This document shows, in pieces, positions 9,478 to 18,231 of a DNA stretch of 64,000 nt. Within the stretch, counting starts at the first letter, position 1. Each line of letters starts with the position of its first letter. Both the position numbers and the translations under genes were made by a program. The notes under the pieces were generated by a model that saw only the letters and a program-made list of their open reading frames with translations, had not been told where the DNA came from and did not search any database. The stretch comes from Candidatus Poribacteria bacterium (lineage in GTDB: Bacteria > Poribacteria > WGA-4E > WGA-3G), in assembly GCA_965205025.1 (NCBI GenBank), contig CBDBFU010000012.1, forward strand, positions 256,001 through 320,000, read 5' to 3'.

Positions 9478-12400
9478 ATGCGAAAACTTTTTGCTCCACG
9501 ATGTAGTGTTCTGATTTTCTTTTGTTTCTACATTGCCACTGCACATGCCCAAGATAGGGTTCCCACTCATCCCGTTGATGGCACTTTCATCAAAGAGTGG
9601 TTGGTGCTGGGTCCCTTCTTTCCAGAGGATTTGGAGACCGATTTCCTCGCGTCAGTTAACGGCGAGGTTCTTGTTAATCCCAAACCCGGCGATACAGTGA
9701 CCACCGCTGATGGAAAGATGTTGACTTGGACGGTATACCGTAGCAAAGGAAACCTTTTCAATCTGCTTCATGCTGTTGGAAACCATCGAGAGGCGGTCTG
9801 CTATACTTTCTGCCTATTGGAAAGCGATCGAGGTGGTGATGGAGAGTTTCTTGTCGGCAGTGATGATGGCGTTGTGGTTTTTCTCAACGGTCAGAGGGTA
9901 CACACACAGCCAATTAGGAGACCTATGGTCGTAGATGAAGATAGGGTCGCTGTTTCATTGCGCCCAGGCAAAAACCGCTGTCTGATGAAGGTCTCAAACG
10001 GGTACCAGAATTGGGCATTAACAGCGCGTGTTTTTCCATCTACTCGTGCAGTGATAGCAGGCGTCATTTCCAATGAAACAGGGAAGACCTTATCCAATGC
10101 CATCGTGAACCTGTGGCAAGGCAGGACCCTGATTGCAAAAACAGAGACCGACACCAGAGGGAATTATCAGTTTTCGGTCTATCCAGCAAGTGGACACTAT
10201 GATATTCAAGCCACCCACGGGGACAGAGGCACTTGGAAGATAGATGTACAACTTTCTACTGGTGTGCGGGTAAACATGAACTTGACTTTACAGAAAGCTA
10301 TCAGTATCTCTGGGCACCTGCTAACGCTTGATAATACCCCACATGTTGGTGTCCTTGTGGAAGCATTATCTCTTGGCGAGAGTGGGCCCCGCCAAAGGAG
10401 GGTAACGACCTTTTCAGATAGAGTAGGAAGATATAAATTCATCAACCTGGAACCTGGATCGTATCAATTACGTTGCCACACCTCGGGCGCGTATAGCAGT
10501 TTTCAAAAAATAATTGTCTCCGTTAGTTCCGAAAAAACTGAGAATATTGGTTTCAGTTTTCCTCCTTTCAAACATGGGACATGGAAAAACTACACTTATC
10601 TGGATGGATTGAAAGATAACTTTATTGAGTCGATTTACCAAGACCGAGACGGTTTTCTTTGGTTTGGGACGCTCAGTAGTGGTGTCTCTCGGTACGATGG
10701 CGAAAGGTTCGCCAACTTCACCACGGATGATGGTCTTGCATCCGACTCTATCCGATGGATCCATGAAGACAATGCGGGACACCTCTGGTTTAGCACTTGG
10801 GGAGTTGGCGTTTCTCGGTATGATGGCGAAGAGTTTATTAACTTCACCACGGATGAGGGACTCGCATCCAACTTTGTCCGGGCGATTCATCAGGACCGGG
10901 AGGGTTACATCTGGTTCGGGACATACGACGGCGTTTCTCGGTACGATGGTGAAAAGTTCGTCAACTTCACCACAGATGAAGGACTCGTATCCAACTTTGT
11001 CCATGCGATCCATGAAGACAAAGCGGGACACCTCTGGTTTGGCACTTGGGAGGTTGGCGTTTCTCGGTATGATGGAGAAGAGTTTATCAGTTTCACCACG
11101 GATGAGGGACTCGTATCTAACTCTGTAGCGACGATTCATCAGGACCGGGAGGGTTACATCTGGTTCGGGACAAACGACGGCGTTTCTCGGTACGATGGTG
11201 AAAAGTTTGTAAACTTCACCACAGATGAGGGCCTCGCATCCAACTTTGTCCAAGCGATTCATCAGGACCGGGAGGGTTACATCTGGTTCGGGACAAGCGG
11301 TGGTGCTTCTCGGTATGATGGCGAAAAGTTTGTAAACTTCACAATCGGTAAGGGGCCCGCATTTAACGTTGTGACGGCGATCCATCAAGACCGTGAGGGT
11401 TACATCTGGTTTGGAACAGAGGGCAATGGGCTTAGTCAATACGATAGCAGCGGGGTAATCAACTACACGACTTCTGATGGGCTCGTAGACAATCTTGTTT
11501 ACACAATTTATCAAGACCATGAAGGGTACATCTGGTTTGGAACCAGGGGCGGAATTAGTCGATATGATGGCGAAAAGTTTATCAATTTTACAACCGATGC
11601 TGGACTCGTACACGATTTTGTAAATTCGATCTATCAAGACCGTGAGGGGTACATCTGGTTCGGGACACAAGACGGAGTCTCCCAATACGATGGCGAAAAG
11701 TTCGTCAACTTCACAATTAATGACGGACTCCCAAGCAATTCCGTATGGGCGATCTATCAAGACCATGAGGGTTACATCTGGTTCGGGACAAATGGTAGTG
11801 GGGTCTCTCAATATGATGGTGAAAATTTTATTAACTTCAATACCGAAGACGGATTGGCACAAAATTATGTGATCTCAATTTATCAAGACCGTGAGGGTTA
11901 CATCTGGTTCGGGACAAACAACGGCGTTTCTCGGTACGATGGCGTAGAGTTCGTCAACTTTACCACGGATGCGGGGCTTGCATCCAACTTTGTCTATGCG
12001 ATCCATGAAGACAAAGCGGGACACCTCTGGTTTGGAACCACAGGCGGCGAGGGGGTCTCCCGATATGACGGTGTGAATTTTGTCAACTTCACAAACACTG
12101 ATGGACTCGCGCAAAATGATGCAACCTCGATTTACAAAGACCGAGACGGTTTTCTCTGGTTTGGGACGCTCAGCGGTGGTGTCTCTCAATATGACGGGAC
12201 CGCCTGGACATCTTTAGATACGCGAGATGGACTCATAAGTGATCAGATTTCAAAAATTTATCAAGACTCAGATGGAAGGTTCTGGTTTGCAACGCTTGAT
12301 GGGGTGTCCCAATACAACCCGAATCGCGTTCCACCGCGTGTGCGGATCGTTTCAGTTCAGAGCCACAAGACATCTGCACAAACTGAATCTCTTAAGACAA

Positions 12401-13515
12401 TTAAGGACATTATGACCGATACTCGTGTAACTATCAAGTATAGTAGTATTGACTTCAAAACCCTAAAAGAAAAACGACAGTATCGAGTTCGCATCAAAGA
12501 GATTGACGCTGATTGGCGTAAACCAACACTATCGGACACCCTTAATATCAGCTTTGATAAACCGGGAACTTATACTTTCGAGGTCGTTGCAATTGACCGT
12601 GACCTAAACTACTCTAACCCGGCAAGCTTGACGTTGACTGTTGTGTTACCGTGGTATCAAAATAAGTGGATTCTCTATCCTTTAGGTGGAGCGATTGTTG
12701 TGTTAATGTTACTTTGTGGTACCTTTGTGTATCGTTACTACCAGCAGCATCAACAAGTTTTAGCCTATCAGCGGGAAGCGGTTTCTGAACTCGCTGATGC
12801 ACAAGAGATGCAGATGGGATTAATACCGCAAACCCCCCCTGAGGTCCCAGGATTTGAGATTGCAGGAGTCTGTATCTCTGCCCGTACCGTCAGTGGGGAT
12901 TTTTTTGACTATGTTCCGCTCAGCAACGGAACGCTTGCGGTTGTGCTGGCAGATGTCGCCGGTAAAGGTATGAAGGGGGCAATGAATGCTATTTTATCTT
13001 CTGGTGCACTTTATTCTGTGGCGCAGTTGGAAATGTCTTCATCTCAAATGTTGTGGGCATTGAACCAGAATCTTTATTCTCGATTTCAACGATATACTAA
13101 TTGTGCTATGGCGATACTGACAATTGACCCAACGGATAAGACGTTTAAATATGCTAACGCCGGAATTCCTTATCCTATGATCAAACGTGGTGAAGGTGAT
13201 GTTGAAGAAATATCAATAGATGGACTCCCATTGGGCGCGTTTAAATCATCTGAATATGAAGAAACACCATCCGTTGAACTGAAGTCTGGAAATTTAATAA
13301 TCCTTTTCAGTGATGGCATTACCGAAGCATCTCAAAGAGACAATTCTGACCAACTTTACATGGAAACCGACCGCTTGACATACCTTATCAAAGAACTGGA
13401 TAAAACAATGAACGCAGAAGCGGTGATAGATGCGATTATTAACGATGTTCGTGATTTTTCTGGTGACACTCAACAGAACGACGACATGACTATTGTAGTT
13501 ATCAAAGCATTGTAA
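9478..13515 (+). CDS. Membrane sensor phosphatase: jelly-roll, carboxypeptidase-regulatory-like, 14 two-component-regulator propeller repeats, Y_Y_Y, TM, SpoIIE/PP2C domain
   Basis: 14 repeats 'F.nFTt.dGL.sn.V.aI.qDreG.lWFGT..GvsrYDG'; 'PGTYTFEV.AIDRDLNYS'; TM helix; PP2C motifs 'VSGDFFDY', 'ADVAGKG', 'FSDGITE', 'DDMT'. Confidence 0.92.
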   Translation: MRKLFAPRCSVLIFFCFYIATAHAQDRVPTHPVDGTFIKEWLVLGPFFPEDLETDFLASVNGEVLVNPKPGDTVTTADGKMLTWTVYRSKGNLFNLLHAVGNHREAVCYTFCLLESDRGGDGEFLVGSDDGVVVFLNGQRVHTQPIRRPMVVDEDRVAVSLRPGKNRCLMKVSNGYQNWALTARVFPSTRAVIAGVISNETGKTLSNAIVNLWQGRTLIAKTETDTRGNYQFSVYPASGHYDIQATHGDRGTWKIDVQLSTGVRVNMNLTLQKAISISGHLLTLDNTPHVGVLVEALSLGESGPRQRRVTTFSDRVGRYKFINLEPGSYQLRCHTSGAYSSFQKIIVSVSSEKTENIGFSFPPFKHGTWKNYTYLDGLKDNFIESIYQDRDGFLWFGTLSSGVSRYDGERFANFTTDDGLASDSIRWIHEDNAGHLWFSTWGVGVSRYDGEEFINFTTDEGLASNFVRAIHQDREGYIWFGTYDGVSRYDGEKFVNFTTDEGLVSNFVHAIHEDKAGHLWFGTWEVGVSRYDGEEFISFTTDEGLVSNSVATIHQDREGYIWFGTNDGVSRYDGEKFVNFTTDEGLASNFVQAIHQDREGYIWFGTSGGASRYDGEKFVNFTIGKGPAFNVVTAIHQDREGYIWFGTEGNGLSQYDSSGVINYTTSDGLVDNLVYTIYQDHEGYIWFGTRGGISRYDGEKFINFTTDAGLVHDFVNSIYQDREGYIWFGTQDGVSQYDGEKFVNFTINDGLPSNSVWAIYQDHEGYIWFGTNGSGVSQYDGENFINFNTEDGLAQNYVISIYQDREGYIWFGTNNGVSRYDGVEFVNFTTDAGLASNFVYAIHEDKAGHLWFGTTGGEGVSRYDGVNFVNFTNTDGLAQNDATSIYKDRDGFLWFGTLSGGVSQYDGTAWTSLDTRDGLISDQISKIYQDSDGRFWFATLDGVSQYNPNRVPPRVRIVSVQSHKTSAQTESLKTIKDIMTDTRVTIKYSSIDFKTLKEKRQYRVRIKEIDADWRKPTLSDTLNISFDKPGTYTFEVVAIDRDLNYSNPASLTLTVVLPWYQNKWILYPLGGAIVVLMLLCGTFVYRYYQQHQQVLAYQREAVSELADAQEMQMGLIPQTPPEVPGFEIAGVCISARTVSGDFFDYVPLSNGTLAVVLADVAGKGMKGAMNAILSSGALYSVAQLEMSSSQMLWALNQNLYSRFQRYTNCAMAILTIDPTDKTFKYANAGIPYPMIKRGEGDVEEISIDGLPLGAFKSSEYEETPSVELKSGNLIILFSDGITEASQRDNSDQLYMETDRLTYLIKELDKTMNAEAVIDAIINDVRDFSGDTQQNDDMTIVVIKAL
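10580..12320 (+). repeat. Intragenic tandem repeat array, 14 units of about 123-129 bp
   Basis: Recurrent near-identical blocks such as caggaccgggagggttacatctggttcgggaca and tctcggtacgatggtgaaaag. Confidence 0.9.
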
Positions 13516-13616
13516 AAACCGTTACGATATTTGGTTTGTTCTGTTGTGTCTTCCCTCTATTGTAGTTATCAATTACAGTAAATTTCAAAATTACTTATAC
13601 ATTCGTAGGGGCTGGG

Positions 13617-13780
13617 TTCACCTTGTCCTTCATTGCCAGAAATATCTTTGGCAATGTTGCCATCATTTTTATCTAATAGGTAAACCGCCTCAATGGTATC
13701 CTAAGGTAGAAGTCTGTTGGTTTTAAATGAGGATACAAGTTTTACCCTGGTAAGCCAATAAAAATCAGTCTGATTCTCAT
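13617..13780 (-). pseudogene. 5' fragment of a LamG-type secreted protein gene
   Basis: Minus-strand translation MRIRLIFIGLPG*...DTIEAVYLLDKNDGNIAKDISGNEGQGE resembles the N-termini of the intact LamG proteins here (e.g. AWLFEENGGNVVKDIVSGHDGE); contains stops. Confidence 0.5.
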
Positions 13781-13786
13781 TGACAA

Positions 13787-14457
13787 CAGGGTTATTTAGT
13801 TTTCAATTTTTTGGGCGTTTTTTATCACAGTTGTTAATAATCTATAAAATAGCAGATATAGTGTGACTTTTCACACCATATCTGCTATGATTCACCTTAA
13901 AACAATCACTTTTTAAGGTGAATATTGACAAAAAGAAAATCTTGCCACTTGGTAGATATGTTAGTAGAAGTTTTGACCCACGCAACAAGAAAGGAAACGA
14001 CATCCGTTGAAGTCAATACTCGGTCTCCTCGTTGTTGGACTTATTGTGGGCATAAATAAATATCTGGACTGGGCGGGGGAGTATCACAAGTATTCCAAAT
14101 ATCGCTATATCTACAAAGACCTAAACACAAGAGAAGAAAAACATAAAATCCACTATGGGATTACAAGTCTGTCCCCTGAGAAAGCGTCAGCAGAACGCTT
14201 ACTATCTTTACGGCGTGGACATTGGTCAATAGAGAACAAGTCGCACTGGATGCGGGACACGCCCCTTGGAGAAGATTCATCACCTGTCTGATCTGGTGCT
14301 ATTCCACAAGTCATGGCAGCATTGCGAAATACAGCATTATCCGTATTCCGGTTCATAGGAGCTACACGGATTGCTGATATGATGAAATATTATGCTTCAA
14401 ATCCTAAAATCGCAGTAAACATCATAAAATGAGAAGTCTTAAAACTAAATAACCATG
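13787..14457 (+). mobile_element. ISAs1-family (H-repeat) insertion sequence remnant, internally deleted
   Basis: TIRs cagggttatttagtttt (13787-13803) and aaaactaaataaccatg (14441-14457); transposase fragments 'DPRNKKG.RHP' and 'YGITSL...RRGHWSIENKSHWMRD'; only about 670 bp with frameshift and stop. Confidence 0.85.
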
Positions 14458-14475
14458 AAAGGGCAGGCTATTATG

Positions 14476-14504
14476 TTTTCAAATATTATAAGAAATGTTA
14501 TGAT
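14476..14504 (+). promoter_or_regulatory. Putative sigma70 promoter for the nurA-herA-dpdA operon
   Basis: ttttca-17 bp-tatgat with extended -10 TG. Confidence 0.4.
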
Positions 14505-14560
14505 ATCAATCAGTAATTAGAAGCGATTCTGAAAATACTCATATTATAGGAATAGAATAT

Positions 14561-16198
14561 ATGAATGAACAACTTTCCCATCCTTTTATAAATGATGCAG
14601 CATTTAGAGACGCTGAAAAACGTGTTTTGGGAAATATTCTCACACAATTTGAAGAACTATCCAATGATGAGCTTGAGGAATTAGTTAAAACGAATGTGGA
14701 ATTTCTTGGAAATGATCATATCCGGAAGATTATTGGAAGTACTTATAACAAAGAAATAGAATCCGTTGAATATACTATTGGAAGTGCTAATTTTAATGAG
14801 AAGATCCTATCGAATGCCTGTGCAAAGATGGAAGGGAAATGGGTAATTTCGGTAGATGAATCAATGGTGGATACAGAGAGTTTTGTCGGTGAAGTCGTAT
14901 ACAGACATAGTTGTGCATTCGGATATAAAATCCCAAAAACCTTGGATGAAGAAATTGTACCCAAGGAAGAGAGGATACTGGCAGTTTCATCAATTCTACG
15001 ACTCCAAGATGAGGAAGATTTTGATAGAAAAATGGCACTCTTAACCTACATGCTCAACCTGTATGTTGCTTATTATACAGCAAAGATTCTTCAGTCATTG
15101 AATCAACCTATATACGCTGTGATTTTACATGGACCTCTAATTCGGTTAATTGCCCCGTTTTTGAATCTTCTTTTTCGGAAGGAGGATATCAAAAAAGTCG
15201 TTACTGCTGATACTGAACCGCTTATAGATACTACTGATGAGATAAAAACGATTGCTTGTGGCGACTTGCTAGATTTAATAGTGGATGATCCAATTTATCA
15301 AGGTATCTCAGAACAATTTATTGGATTATTTCCCAGAGAAAGATTGCAAAATGTGAAAGAAAGATTAGATAAAGGTGAAATAATCGGGATTGGATTTTAT
15401 TTTTCTTTGCTCAGAAAATTGTCAGACTTAGCTAAAGAGATGAATTTTCACCTGATCAGTTGTGTAGATAATGCCACTTCAACAGAGTATTCAAAATTAT
15501 ATGTCCAGTATCAAATTGAGCGTTTCGGGCAGGATTCTATTAACCAGGAAATCCTTCGCAAATTATTTGCAGCTTACGGTGTAAACTTTAGCAAGCAGTT
15601 CATAAAGGAAAGGTTTCGAGACTTAATTGACAAATCAGGTTGGGATGATGAAATGATTCATGCTTTTTCACTGAAATTTGATAATGAAAAGTCAATAGAA
15701 TCCGAATTTACTCAACCTGTGCCGATCCGGAGATATTTTACAGGTGGTAAAAATCAGGATATATTCGGGTTTAGGTTTGGTTCTGCATTTATTTCTGAAG
15801 ATCCGTCACGGGAAACTTTAATCAATCAGATTATAGATACTCTGTACCCGTTTAAAGACTACAGAATGTTAATGAGTTTTGTCCGTACAAGTGCTCTTAA
15901 GGCTCCAATTCGGGTGGAATTCCTTGAACAAGGAGGGGAAGATAATTGGAAAGAGGTATTGGCCTCAATCTATATTTCAAGTCTTCCGTACGGCAGTTAT
16001 GGGTTACCAATATTCTTGTATTATGCAGATAAAATGGTGCGGATGCCGAAAGAAATTATATCAGTTGTTACTGAATCATACCTTGTTGAACAAGCAACGA
16101 GAGCATTGCATCAAATCGGTTTGAGTGATGTAAAGTTAAAGGATGTCTTTTTAGGGGTCACGCAAAAGTTTAGAAGAGATTTCTATGAGCGAGGGTGA
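14561..16198 (+). CDS. nurA: NurA-like nuclease (RNase H fold)
   Basis: N-terminal 'ISVDES', central 'VILHGPL', C-terminal 'SFVR....PIRVEF' and 'YGLPIFLYYADKMVR' match the NurA pattern (vavDGS / lDGpL / P.rvE / GyP..L..Ad); directly upstream of a HerA-like ATPase. Confidence 0.75.
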   Translation: MNEQLSHPFINDAAFRDAEKRVLGNILTQFEELSNDELEELVKTNVEFLGNDHIRKIIGSTYNKEIESVEYTIGSANFNEKILSNACAKMEGKWVISVDESMVDTESFVGEVVYRHSCAFGYKIPKTLDEEIVPKEERILAVSSILRLQDEEDFDRKMALLTYMLNLYVAYYTAKILQSLNQPIYAVILHGPLIRLIAPFLNLLFRKEDIKKVVTADTEPLIDTTDEIKTIACGDLLDLIVDDPIYQGISEQFIGLFPRERLQNVKERLDKGEIIGIGFYFSLLRKLSDLAKEMNFHLISCVDNATSTEYSKLYVQYQIERFGQDSINQEILRKLFAAYGVNFSKQFIKERFRDLIDKSGWDDEMIHAFSLKFDNEKSIESEFTQPVPIRRYFTGGKNQDIFGFRFGSAFISEDPSRETLINQIIDTLYPFKDYRMLMSFVRTSALKAPIRVEFLEQGGEDNWKEVLASIYISSLPYGSYGLPIFLYYADKMVRMPKEIISVVTESYLVEQATRALHQIGLSDVKLKDVFLGVTQKFRRDFYERG

Positions 16199-16212
16199 AA
16201 GGAGAAAAGAGA

Positions 16213-18213
16213 ATGGTTTTGGGAATAATCTTTGGTGAAACATCAACGCAGGAATTTTCCTTTCTATTTGGAGATGTAGATGGCGAACGTCAAAATCAAT
16301 TGAAATTTTCCTATGTTGAAGTTAATATACCTGAAAGTAATGATAAGGTTGTTGCTAAAGTTATTGATGTAAATACAGAGAATCCACTATTGGCAAAAGA
16401 TACTGCAAAGTTTTATTCGGAGCACGAAACAGTTGGAATTTCGGTCCCTGATATAATATCGCACCGATTCACTTTGTATCAAGCCAAATGTGAAGTAATG
16501 GGGATCTATAATAGTATAGAAAACAAAATAGAACCCCTAACGCAGGCGATAAAACCCGGTGAGAAAGTAGAACTATTATCCAATGATGTGCTCAATCAAC
16601 TCTTCTCTGCAAGCGAGGAATGGCATTTTCCCCTTGGATATGTTGAGATACCCGGCAGACAAACACATGCTCAAGTATCTTTGAAAGCAGACTCAATCAT
16701 TACGATGCACGCTTGTGTTTTTGGCATGACAGGAATGGGTAAAACCACAACATCTGCTGTGCTCTTAGAAGAATTAATGTTCCGTGGTGCAAAGATCATC
16801 GTATTTGATCCACACGCTGATTATATACATATTAATCGGATACGTCAAAAACTCAATGATGATTTTTCAGAAAGAATTCATAAGCATCAAGGCCTGATAG
16901 ATAAAATATCAGAATACAAGGAATTATTAATAAGTAAATGGTCAAGTAACTGGTCTCAGAGAGAAGTCAAACCTTGGGATGATTTTGATCCATCATTCAA
17001 AGATCTTATAAATGAGAAAGTCAATGAAGAATTAACATCTGAGAATATTTTTTATCGCTTACTTAGTTTATGTTCAATTAAAAATCGTAATCTAATGGTT
17101 GACTCTACGCGCATCTCTGAACAATTGGATGACATTATTGACGGAATCACGCATCTTGATTTACATAATGGAATCCCTCAGGAACTCATTCACCGGAAGT
17201 TGACTATTAAGTTTAATGCTTTTCCTAGCCTCCAAGTATATACAGATAAAAGTCCTTACTTCACAATGAGATTGATTGAAGCAATAGCGGGTGAAGGTTT
17301 TTCAGAGGCACAAGAAGGTTTTGTAATTGATTGGCTGTCGCACCCACCAAAGCCGAATTTATCTGATGAACAACTTCTTTACTACTTAAAATCACGTATT
17401 AAGGATATGCCTAAATCAAAAGACGGCAAACCCAATCCATCCCAAGTTCCTCTAAACCGAATTGTTGATAAGGCAAGCCGGACTGTCGTGTCTTTGATAA
17501 AACGAAAGTGCACGTCTCTAAATATCAGTAATTTTGTTGATGCTTTTTGTGCAAAGGGTGAGAGTTTATCTAATGTGGCGACAGCGGTATTTGATCTTTC
17601 AGATTTGGAAAATGATCACGCAAGGCGAGCTTTGATTTATGCTGTTATGGAATTTGCTTTTGATAGGTATAAATCAAAAAGTTTTATTGTAGAAAAAGAT
17701 AATCATCATGTAGGCAAAGATGCACATCCTGTACTTTTTGCTCTTGAGGAAGCAAGGACATTAATCCCCCGGCAAGATGAAAGTAGCACTACCGGAGAAA
17801 TGCATCCCGCGACCAGAGCAGCTCGACTTGCAGCAAGACAAATTGCAACTGAAGGACGGAAGATGGGACTTGGTATGCTTGTTATCTCGCAAAAACCCGC
17901 TTCAGTAGATCCAATAACTGTTTCTCAAGCAAATACGTTAATTTTGCACCGAGTTATTAACCCGGATGATCAGACGTACATCCGTAATGTTGGCGAATCT
18001 TTAGCTAGTGAAGATTTGGAAACTTTGAAAACTGTAAAAGAAGGTGTTGCTATTGTTACGGGTGATGCCTTAAAAACCAGAATGTCTACATTAGTTAAAG
18101 TCAGAAATCGTTATAGTGAACCTGGCACTGAAAAACCTCGCCCAATAGAAAGATTTTGGAACGATCCTAATAGAGAGACTTCAAGTGAAGTTCCTGAGTC
18201 TACAACGGAATAA
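16213..18213 (+). CDS. herA: HerA-family ATPase/translocase (HAS barrel + DUF87-type P-loop)
   Basis: Walker A GMTGMGKT, 'VFDPHADY', Walker B 'ALEEAR', 'ATEGRKMGLG..ISQKP', 'SQANT.ILH'; ATG at 16213 follows AAGGAG (alternative GTG at 16195 overlaps the nurA stop). Confidence 0.88.
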   Translation: MVLGIIFGETSTQEFSFLFGDVDGERQNQLKFSYVEVNIPESNDKVVAKVIDVNTENPLLAKDTAKFYSEHETVGISVPDIISHRFTLYQAKCEVMGIYNSIENKIEPLTQAIKPGEKVELLSNDVLNQLFSASEEWHFPLGYVEIPGRQTHAQVSLKADSIITMHACVFGMTGMGKTTTSAVLLEELMFRGAKIIVFDPHADYIHINRIRQKLNDDFSERIHKHQGLIDKISEYKELLISKWSSNWSQREVKPWDDFDPSFKDLINEKVNEELTSENIFYRLLSLCSIKNRNLMVDSTRISEQLDDIIDGITHLDLHNGIPQELIHRKLTIKFNAFPSLQVYTDKSPYFTMRLIEAIAGEGFSEAQEGFVIDWLSHPPKPNLSDEQLLYYLKSRIKDMPKSKDGKPNPSQVPLNRIVDKASRTVVSLIKRKCTSLNISNFVDAFCAKGESLSNVATAVFDLSDLENDHARRALIYAVMEFAFDRYKSKSFIVEKDNHHVGKDAHPVLFALEEARTLIPRQDESSTTGEMHPATRAARLAARQIATEGRKMGLGMLVISQKPASVDPITVSQANTLILHRVINPDDQTYIRNVGESLASEDLETLKTVKEGVAIVTGDALKTRMSTLVKVRNRYSEPGTEKPRPIERFWNDPNRETSSEVPESTTE

Positions 18214-18231
18214 ATCAGACTTAAGTAAAAA

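Noticed and set aside
10468-11862. 464-aa antisense ORF and 167-aa alternate-frame ORF (10625-11128)
   Set aside because: Shadows of the tandem propeller repeats in the + strand sensor gene; a stop-free unit propagates through the repeats; no independent motifs.
10580-12320. Regular repeats with variable segments resembling a CRISPR array or DGR template/variable repeats
   Set aside because: Units are about 126-bp in-frame coding repeats without unique spacers; no cas or reverse transcriptase gene in the window; differences are not obviously adenine-specific.
14561-18213. Archaeal-type DNA-repair operon (herA-nurA-mre11-rad50)
   Set aside because: No Mre11/SbcD or Rad50/SbcC neighbours; flanked by IS and TA debris and linked to dpdA. 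A repair role is not excluded, only unsupported here.
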